A stretch of 6,368 bases of DNA, taken from positions 1 to 6,368 of the forward strand of contig CAZKBG010000004.1 of the NCBI GenBank assembly GCA_964551375.1. Reading direction: 5' to 3'. The notes beneath the pieces were generated by a model. That model saw only the letters and a list, made by a program, of their open reading frames with translations, was not told the DNA's origin and searched no databases. The DNA comes from an uncultured archaeon. Lineage in GTDB: Archaea > Iainarchaeota > Iainarchaeia > Iainarchaeales > JAAZKV01. The translations under genes and the position numbers were made by a program. Below, piece after piece: positions 1 through 5,820 of the stretch (position 1 is the stretch's first letter; every line of letters starts with the position of its first letter).

Positions 1-72
1 TTAGTTTTTAGGCTTATTTTGCCTATGAAGCTGACGCTATAGATATGGGCGGTTGACGCGGAGGTGTGTATT

Positions 73-435
73 ATGGCGGATTATATAAAAGTACAGCTAA
101 CAGCAGAACTAAAAGATCAGACAGTTGATTTAATAGAAAAAACTGCTAAAAAAGGAAAAATAAAAGCAGGGATTAACGAAGTAACAAAAGCAATTGAAAG
201 AGGAACTGCAAAAATGGTTATAATTGCAGAAGATGTTAGCCCTAAAGAAGTAGTAATGCACTTGCCGGTTTTGTGCGATGAAAAACAAGTGCCATTCAGC
301 TTTATTGCTACAAGAAAAGATCTTGGCGAAAAAGCAGGGCTTAGAACAGCAACAGCATCAATAGCAATTGTTGAAACAGACGCTGAAGCTGATTTAAAAG
401 ATTTGGGCAAAAAAATCGCAGACTTGAGAAAGTGA
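73..435 (+). CDS. rpl7ae: Archaeal ribosomal protein L7Ae (eL8; K-turn binding)
   Basis: ORF product MADYIKVQLTAELKDQTVDLIEKTAKKGKIKAGINEVTKAIERGTAKMVIIAEDVSPKEVVMHLPVLCDEKQVPFSFIATRKDLGEKAG has the L7Ae signatures (KGINEVTKAIERG-like, VIIAEDVSP, HLPxLCdEKxVP). ATG at 73 is preferred over the track start (GTG at 64) because GAGGTG at 61-66 is a well-spaced SD for ATG 73. Confidence 0.96.
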   Translation: MADYIKVQLTAELKDQTVDLIEKTAKKGKIKAGINEVTKAIERGTAKMVIIAEDVSPKEVVMHLPVLCDEKQVPFSFIATRKDLGEKAGLRTATASIAIVETDAEADLKDLGKKIADLRK

Positions 436-450
436 AGGGGTTGACTTGAT

Positions 451-663
451 ATGGCTGATGAAAGAGGAACACCCGCAGAAGTAGTTGAAATAGTAAAAAC
501 AACAGGCGTTCACGGAGAAGTTACACAAATTTTGTGCCGAATCATGGACGGGCCTGAAAAAGGACGCGTAAAAAGAAGAAACGCGCGCGGAAGCATACAA
601 AAAGGAGACATAATCATTTTGCTGGACACAGAAAGAGAAGCAAAAGAGATTAAGTCAAGGTAA
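451..663 (+). CDS. rps28e: Ribosomal protein S28e (eS28)
   Basis: 70 aa product with S28e hallmarks: GTPAEVVEIVKTTGVHGEVTQILCRIMDGPEKGRVKRRNARGSIQKGDIIILLDTEREAKEI. Located directly after rpl7ae, as in the conserved archaeal order. Confidence 0.96.
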   Translation: MADERGTPAEVVEIVKTTGVHGEVTQILCRIMDGPEKGRVKRRNARGSIQKGDIIILLDTEREAKEIKSR

Positions 664-677
664 GGGGGGCGGTAAAA

Positions 678-905
678 ATGGTTAAATGTAGTTTTTGCGG
701 TTCAGACCTTCCAGTTGGCGGAGGTAAGATGTACGTTAAAAAAGAAGGTACAGTATTTTACTTTTGCTCAAACAAATGCGAAAAGAACCAGATTGAACTT
801 GGAAGAAAACCAGTTAAAACAAAATGGACTGAACAGTACAATAAATTGAAGAAAACTTTGCTTTCGGCAAAGAAAGAAGGAAACGAGAAGGAAAAAGCAA
901 AGTAA
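678..905 (+). CDS. rpl24e: Ribosomal protein L24e (eL24), zinc-finger protein
   Basis: 75 aa product MVKCSFCGSDLPVGGGKMYVKKEGTVFYFCSNKCEKNQIELGRKPVKTKWT, with CxxC...CxxxC and the typical L24e layout. GGGGGGCGG SD-like sequence upstream. Confidence 0.95.
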   Translation: MVKCSFCGSDLPVGGGKMYVKKEGTVFYFCSNKCEKNQIELGRKPVKTKWTEQYNKLKKTLLSAKKEGNEKEKAK

Positions 906-936
906 AAACTTTGCTTTCTCTTTATTTTTTTATTTT
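906..936 (+). terminator. Possible T-rich archaeal transcription terminator downstream of rpl24e
   Basis: The noncoding stretch after the rpl24e stop is pyrimidine/T rich on the coding strand (CTTTGCTTTCTCTTTATTTTTTTATTTTT), matching the oligo-T type of archaeal terminator. No stable hairpin is seen. Confidence 0.45.
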
Positions 937-944
937 TATAAATT
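937..944 (+). promoter_or_regulatory. TATA-like element upstream of ndk
   Basis: TATAAATT at 937-944, about 29-36 nt upstream of the preferred ndk ATG (973). The sequence is consistent with an archaeal TATA box, but this is sequence-only evidence in an AT-rich gap. Confidence 0.35.
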
Positions 945-972
945 CCTGGTGGGAAAAAAGGTGAACAAAAAA

Positions 973-1491
973 ATGATTGAAAGGACATTAGTTTTGATAA
1001 AGCCTGACGGAGTTCAAAGGGGACTAACTGGCAAAATAATCAAAAGATTTGAAAACGTCGGAATGAAAATAGTCGGAATGAGAATGGTTTGGATTGACGA
1101 AGAATTTGCTTCAAAACATTATGCTGATGTAAGGAACAGAAAAGGAGAAACAGTGTTTAAGGCGCTGTTAAAATTAATCACAATGGGGCCGGTTGTTGCA
1201 ATGGTGCTTGAAGGAATTGACGCTGTAGAAGTTGTAAGAAAGATGTGCGGGCCGACAGAGCCAAAATCCGCCCAGCCTGGGACAATCAGGGGCGATTATG
1301 CGCATGTAAGCTACGCATATTCAGACATTGTGGGCGAAGCGGTTAGAAATGTAATACACGCGTCAGGCTCAAAAGAAGAGGCAAAAGTTGAAGTTGGCAT
1401 GTGGTTCGCTGAAAACGAGATACATGATTATGATTCAGTTCACGATTTGCACATACTTCATAGAAAAGTCGAGCCGAAAAGAAAAAAGTGA
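973..1491 (+). CDS. ndk: Nucleoside-diphosphate kinase, long form with C-terminal tail
   Basis: MIERTLVLIKPDGVQRGLTGKII...GPVVAMVLEG...PGTIRGDYAHVSYAYSDIVGEAVRNVIHASGSKEEA is diagnostic for NDK, with IKPDG, GTIRGD and the NxxH catalytic His (codon 1357-1359). ATG 973 is preferred over the track GTG at 949 because AGGTGAA lies at 959-965. Confidence 0.94.
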   Translation: MIERTLVLIKPDGVQRGLTGKIIKRFENVGMKIVGMRMVWIDEEFASKHYADVRNRKGETVFKALLKLITMGPVVAMVLEGIDAVEVVRKMCGPTEPKSAQPGTIRGDYAHVSYAYSDIVGEAVRNVIHASGSKEEAKVEVGMWFAENEIHDYDSVHDLHILHRKVEPKRKK

Positions 1492-1514
1492 GTTTATTTT
1501 TTAGAGGTGAATAA

Positions 1515-1988
1515 TTGAGGTCGCTCATAATAGCAAGACCAGCTGCGCTAAATCTTGGACAGCTCTGGAAAATTATCCGCGAAATAGAGGATAATAAACT
1601 CAAGATTATAGGGCTAAAAGAAGCGCGGCTTGACATTCACTTTCTATCAAGCAGAGCCAAGGAAGAAAAATATGCGGCAAGGGCTGATAAATTCGCCGAA
1701 GGCGAAAAAGTCCCGTGCGTATTAATTGCAGTTGAAGGGGAAAAAGCAGAAGACATTGCAAAAGAAATCCAGGACAAATATTCCGGACTAGTGCATATTT
1801 CCTTAAATTCAGAAATTGCAAAATATGAAATACAAAGATTTTTTACAGCAGAAGAGATTTTTAGTTTTGATGTAGTTGAAAACGAGGTATTCTGGGGAAA
1901 AGAGAGCAGACAGTGGAAAAAAATTGTGAATATGAGCGTTAATGAAGTTGCAGAGGAAAGAAAAAAAGATTTGAAAGTTAAAAATTGA
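1515..1988 (+). CDS. Divergent NDK-fold paralog (NDK-like protein lacking the GTIRGD segment), probable TTG start
   Basis: Strong SD AGAGGTGA (1503-1510) followed by TTG at 1515. Hand alignment to the adjacent NDK: (1) RSLIIARPAALNLGQLWKIIREIEDNKLKIIGLKEARLD vs RTLVLIKPDGVQRGLTGKIIKRFENVGMKIVGMRMVWID; (2) VPCVLIAVEGEKAEDIAKEI vs GPVVAMVLEGIDAVEVVRKM; (3) LVHISLNSEIAKYEIQRFFTAEEIFSFD vs VIHASGSKEEAKVEVGMWFAENEIHDYD. The ORF is long, in the operon direction and tightly spaced. The coding call is firm; the family call rests on hand alignment. Confidence 0.8.
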   Translation: MRSLIIARPAALNLGQLWKIIREIEDNKLKIIGLKEARLDIHFLSSRAKEEKYAARADKFAEGEKVPCVLIAVEGEKAEDIAKEIQDKYSGLVHISLNSEIAKYEIQRFFTAEEIFSFDVVENEVFWGKESRQWKKIVNMSVNEVAEERKKDLKVKN

Positions 1989-2041
1989 ATGCTGGCATTT
2001 AAAGATTATGAGTTGAAGTAAAAATTGATGAAGTGAATGTT

Positions 2042-3793
2042 ATGATAAGACAGCCAATAATTACGGTTTTAGGGCACGTTGATCACGGCAAGACATCGCT
2101 TCTTGATGCCATTAGAAACTCAAGAGTTGCGGCAAAAGAACCAGGTGCAATAACACAGCACATAGGAGCAACCGAAGTTCCAATTGATGTAATACAAACA
2201 GTTGCAGGCCCGCTAATTAAGAAATTTGGATTTACTCTCTCAATTCCGGGACTGCTTTTTATTGATACACCGGGACATGAGGCATTTACAAACCTTAGAA
2301 AAAGAGGAGGAAGCATTGCGGATCTTGCAATACTCGTAATTGACGCCATGCAGGGAATACAACCACAAACCGTTGAAGCAATTGAAATTTTGCGAGCATA
2401 TAAAGTTCCTTTTGTAATAGCAATGACAAAAATTGACATGCTTAATTTTTACTCTTCAAACGAAGGAAGCTTTTTAGAAAATCACAATAATCAAAATGAA
2501 AGAACAAAACAATTATTTGACGAAAAGCTTTACACGTTAGTCGGAAAGCTATACGAACACGGATTTGAAGGGGAAAGATTTGACAGATGCGCATTTGGAA
2601 AACAAATACCAATCGTTCCAGTATCAGCGAAAACAAAAGAAGGGCTTCCTGAATTATTAACTTTACTTGCAGGACTTTCACAAAAGTTTTTGGAAAAGAA
2701 ACTTGAAATCAGCGCTGAAGAAAGCGCAAAAGCGGCAGTGCTTGAGTCAAAAGAAGAAAAAGGGTTGGGAAAAACAATTGATGTAATACTTTATCAGGGG
2801 ACACTAAAAGTAAATGATGAAATTGCAATGCTTGGAAAAAAAGGAGTAATAACAACAAAAATAAGGGCGTTACTTCAGCCAAAACCGCTTCAAGAAATGA
2901 GAATGACAAAAGAAAAATTCAGCTCAGTAAAAAGCGTTTCAGCGGCATGCGGAGTAAAAATCTCGGCTCCTGGACTTGATGATGTTTTAGCAGGCTCGGT
3001 TTTAACACAAGTAAAAACTGGAAAAGAAATAGACGAACTAAAAATGGATATGAAAGATTTTAATTATGCTTCAGAAAATAAAGGACTCATTGTAAAAGCT
3101 GACGCAATCGGCTCGCTTGAAGCAATGATAAACCTTTTGAAAAAAGAAGGTTATGTTCTTAGAAAAGCAGAGATTGGGAATATTACAAGAAAGGATGTAA
3201 TTGAAGCATATTCCCTCTTTTGCGAAGACCCCTATCTTGGAGTAATTTTAGGATTTAATGTTGCAATAGACGCTGATGCGGCTGATGAAGCTGCTAAAAA
3301 AGGGGTAAAAATATTCAGCGAAAAAGTAATTTATCACTTGATTGAAGGATACAAGAACTGGATGGAAGAAGCAAAAAAAGCCCAGAAAGCAAACGAGCTT
3401 ATGTCGCTTGTATGCCCTGTTGAAATTGAAGTAATTCGGGGAAAAGTTTTTAGAAATACAAAACCCGCAATTGTCGGAGTAAGAGTAAACGAAGGAAGGC
3501 TCCGCAATGGGTGGAGACTGATGAATAAAGAAGGCAAATTAATAGGCAAAGTGGAAGGAATGCAAAACGAAGGAAAAGCATTAACTGAAGCCAAAAAAGG
3601 CGAAGAAGTGGCAGTTTCAATTGACGGCGCAAATGTGGGCAGAAACCTATTTGAAGGGGACTTGCTTTACGCATGCATTCCGCTAAAACACTACGCAGGG
3701 CTTGAAAAATACGCATGTGAATTTACTACAGGCGAAAAGGAACTCTTAACCGAGATTAAGTCAAAGCAAAATGAGGAAATAAGCGACGAGTAA
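2042..3793 (+). CDS. infB: Translation initiation factor aIF5B (archaeal IF2/eIF5B family GTPase), intein-free
   Basis: RQPIITVLGHVDHGKTSLLDAIRNSRVAAKEPGAITQHIGATEVP, FIDTPGHEAFTNLRKRGGSIADLAILVID, TKID, VSAKTKEG, KLYELVG-like segment, and C-terminal CPVEIEVIRGKVFRNTKPAIVGVRVNEGRL are characteristic of aIF5B. ATG at 2042 is preferred over the track GTG at 2033, which precedes MIRQPIITVLGHVD by three codons. Confidence 0.97.
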   Translation: MIRQPIITVLGHVDHGKTSLLDAIRNSRVAAKEPGAITQHIGATEVPIDVIQTVAGPLIKKFGFTLSIPGLLFIDTPGHEAFTNLRKRGGSIADLAILVIDAMQGIQPQTVEAIEILRAYKVPFVIAMTKIDMLNFYSSNEGSFLENHNNQNERTKQLFDEKLYTLVGKLYEHGFEGERFDRCAFGKQIPIVPVSAKTKEGLPELLTLLAGLSQKFLEKKLEISAEESAKAAVLESKEEKGLGKTIDVILYQGTLKVNDEIAMLGKKGVITTKIRALLQPKPLQEMRMTKEKFSSVKSVSAACGVKISAPGLDDVLAGSVLTQVKTGKEIDELKMDMKDFNYASENKGLIVKADAIGSLEAMINLLKKEGYVLRKAEIGNITRKDVIEAYSLFCEDPYLGVILGFNVAIDADAADEAAKKGVKIFSEKVIYHLIEGYKNWMEEAKKAQKANELMSLVCPVEIEVIRGKVFRNTKPAIVGVRVNEGRLRNGWRLMNKEGKLIGKVEGMQNEGKALTEAKKGEEVAVSIDGANVGRNLFEGDLLYACIPLKHYAGLEKYACEFTTGEKELLTEIKSKQNEEISDE

Positions 3794-3838
3794 GAGGCTT
3801 AAAAGCGTTGCGAATTAGGAAATAATTACGTTATATGT

Positions 3839-3846
3839 ATAAATTT
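3839..3846 (+). promoter_or_regulatory. TATA-like element upstream of rps6e
   Basis: TATAAATT at 3839-3846 in the 3794-3866 gap, 25-28 nt upstream of the candidate rps6e start codons (3864/3867). It is the same octamer as at 937-944. Confidence 0.35.
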
Positions 3847-3866
3847 CTCAAATGAGGGGATTAATG

Positions 3867-4340
3867 ATGAAAGTAGTAATAAGCGACCAAAAAACAGGAA
3901 AAGCATACATGGCTAACTCTGACAAGGAGCTATTTGTAGGCAAAAAAATAGGAGAACAAATAAAGCTTGACGAAGTAGGTTTAGCTGGATTTGAAGCAAA
4001 GATAACCGGGGGAAGCGATAAACAAGGATTCCCAATGAGTTCATCAATGCCAGGATCAGCAAGAAAAAAAATCTTTACTTCTGACGCTCCAGGATTCAAC
4101 GCTTCAAGAAAAGGAGAAAGAAAAAGAATCTCAATGAGAGGCGGAACAGTATCTAATGACACTGCTCAATTAAATGTTATTGTAACAAAAGCAGGCTCGG
4201 CAAATTTGGCTGAAGTATTGGGAAAGAAAGAAGTAACTCCTGAAGAAACAATGAGCGCAAAAGAAAGAATGATTAAGAAAAGTCTTGAAACAGCAGGCTC
4301 AGCAGAGCTTGGAAGCGGAGTAAAGAAACCAAAACACTAA
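3867..4340 (+). CDS. rps6e: Ribosomal protein S6e (eS6)
   Basis: MKVVISDQKTGKAYMA...GKKIGEQIKLDEVGLAGFEAKITGGSDKQGFPMSSSMPGSARKKIFTSDAPGFNASRKGERKRISMRGGTVSNDTAQLNVIV is the S6e pattern. GAGGGG SD at 3854-3859. ATG 3867 fits the canonical N-terminus MKVVISD; the track ATG at 3852 overlaps the SD. Confidence 0.95.
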   Translation: MKVVISDQKTGKAYMANSDKELFVGKKIGEQIKLDEVGLAGFEAKITGGSDKQGFPMSSSMPGSARKKIFTSDAPGFNASRKGERKRISMRGGTVSNDTAQLNVIVTKAGSANLAEVLGKKEVTPEETMSAKERMIKKSLETAGSAELGSGVKKPKH

Positions 4341-4343
4341 CTA

Positions 4344-4363
4344 AAATGCAGTGAAACGCATTT
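4344..4363 (+). repeat. Small perfect inverted repeat between rps6e and aIF2-gamma
   Basis: AAATGC (4344-4349) - AGTGAAAC loop - GCATTT (4358-4363). A further CTA (4341-4343) can pair with TAG (4368-4370) across a bulge. Confidence 0.3.
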
Positions 4364-4377
4364 GATTTAGTGAAGGA

Positions 4378-5820
4378 ATGAGACGAGCGGATTTGATGAA
4401 GAAAATAAAAGAAGCAAGAGAAATAGTTGAAGCAAAGACTGCTAAAAAAGTCCACTCTGAAGGAGAAGTTAAGGAAAAAAAACCAAGAGCAAAAAAAACG
4501 GCGGAACACAGTGTCGCAGTTTCGCCCCCTCAAGAAGAGAAAAAAGAAAAAACTCCTAAAGAAGAAACTCATTCCCACGCTCATGCTCCAAAAGCAAAAA
4601 AAGGCGCTCATGAGAAAGAAGCAAAAGAAGTTCTTCAATCCGAAATAAATATCGGAATGATTGGACACGTTGATCATGGCAAAACATCATTAACAAAAGC
4701 GCTAACAGGCAAATGGTGCGATACACACAGCGAAGAAATGAAAAGAGGAATCTCAATTCGTCTCGGGTACGCTGATGTAGTATTCTACAAATTAAAAACC
4801 GACAACGGAACTGTTTACTCAAACAAGCCTGAATATAACGGCAAACCTGCTGAAGTTGTTTCAAAAAGAAATGTGAGCTTTGTTGATGCTCCAGGTCACG
4901 AAACACTAATGACAACAATGCTTTCAGGGGCTGCTTTAATGAACGGAGCAGTGCTTGTAATTGCGGCAAACGAACCATGCCCTCAGCCAAGAACTGTTGA
5001 ACACTTAATGGCGCTAAAATTTGCAGGAGTGGAAAAAGTTGTTGTTGCGCAAAACAAAGTTGATTTGATTACAAAAGAGCAGGCAATAATAAACCATAAA
5101 GCAATACGCAACTTCCTAGACAGCTACGGCTATAAAGACGCTCCAATAATTCCAACAGCAGCAAACTTCGGGGCAAATATTGATTCTTTAATTGAAGCAA
5201 TTGAAACGCACATTCCCACTCCAAACTTTGACACTTCAAAGCCGCTAAAAATGTTTATTGCAAGAAGCTTTGACATAAACAAACCCGGAACAAAAATAAA
5301 AGACTTAAAAGGCGCAATAATGGGCGGAAGCATTTCCCAAGGAACAATAAATGTAGGCGATGAACTTGAACTTGCCCCAGGACTTGAAGGGCCGACAAGA
5401 ACAAAAGTAATAAGCATTTCAACCGACCACGGATTAATGAGCCAAGCTCATCCCGGCGGATTAATTGCTGTAGGAACAGACCTCGACCCAAGCATGGGAC
5501 AAAATGACAGACTAAGAGGACAGATTGTTGGAAAAGTCGGGACACTTCCTAAGCCAGTAAAAGAACTAAACCTAAAAGTAAATATGTTTGAAAGAATGCT
5601 TGAACAAAACAGCAAAGAAAAAACAGTAATAAAAGCAACTGATCCGCTTGTAATAACAATAGGGACAAACACAGCAGTTGGATTTGTGATAAAAGCAGAT
5701 TCAAAATCATGCCTTTTAAATTTGAAAAATGAAGTAATCGCCGAAAAGAATGAAAAAGTGGCTATCAGCAAAAACATTGCAGGGCAGTGGAGATTAATTG
5801 CATTTGGAGAAGTGCAGTAA
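4378..5820 (+). CDS. eif2g: Translation initiation factor aIF2 subunit gamma with a charged N-terminal extension
   Basis: INIGMIGHVDHGKTSLTKALTGKWCDTHSEEMKRGISIRLGYAD, RNVSFVDAPGHETLMTTMLSGAALMNGAVLVIAANEPCPQPRTVEHLMAL, QNKVD, IGTNTAVG and IAFGEV are diagnostic for aIF2-gamma. The translation start is uncertain between ATG 4378 and ATG 4396. Confidence 0.96.
   Translation: MRRADLMKKIKEAREIVEAKTAKKVHSEGEVKEKKPRAKKTAEHSVAVSPPQEEKKEKTPKEETHSHAHAPKAKKGAHEKEAKEVLQSEINIGMIGHVDHGKTSLTKALTGKWCDTHSEEMKRGISIRLGYADVVFYKLKTDNGTVYSNKPEYNGKPAEVVSKRNVSFVDAPGHETLMTTMLSGAALMNGAVLVIAANEPCPQPRTVEHLMALKFAGVEKVVVAQNKVDLITKEQAIINHKAIRNFLDSYGYKDAPIIPTAANFGANIDSLIEAIETHIPTPNFDTSKPLKMFIARSFDINKPGTKIKDLKGAIMGGSISQGTINVGDELELAPGLEGPTRTKVISISTDHGLMSQAHPGGLIAVGTDLDPSMGQNDRLRGQIVGKVGTLPKPVKELNLKVNMFERMLEQNSKEKTVIKATDPLVITIGTNTAVGFVIKADSKSCLLNLKNEVIAEKNEKVAISKNIAGQWRLIAFGEVQ

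Noticed and set aside
2438-2560. Apparent insertion after TKID in aIF5B (MLNFYSSNEGSFLENHNNQNERTKQLFDEKLYTLVGKLYEHGFEGERFDR)
   Set aside because: This segment corresponds in content and spacing to the normal archaeal/eukaryotic IF5B region (F-x-E, Q-x-R, LDEKLYxLVGxLxExGFxxERFDR), so it is not an insertion.
2442-2681. Plus-strand alternative-frame ORFs inside infB and aIF2-gamma (2442..2681, 4427..4648)
   Set aside because: Fully contained in well-supported genes, with low-complexity or atypical composition. Most likely frame artefacts of A-rich codons.
2042-3793. Possible intein in aIF5B
   Set aside because: The G-domain motifs and flanking sequence are continuous (GHVDHGKT through DTPGHE and TKID) and the protein is of normal length, with no splicing-domain motifs.
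3864-3922. Box C/D-like pair: ATGATGA at 3864-3870 and CTGA at 3919-3922
   Set aside because: Both motifs lie inside the start and N-terminal coding region of rps6e. They are short and common, and no C'/D' or terminal stem support was evident.
4556-4990. 144-aa minus-strand ORF opposite aIF2-gamma, and other long minus-strand ORFs (e.g. 3848..4162, 4273..4677, 5448..5777)
   Set aside because: All lie antisense to confidently identified conserved genes. Their translations are Leu/Phe/Ser-rich with no recognisable motifs, typical of shadow ORFs opposite Lys/Glu-rich coding sequence.
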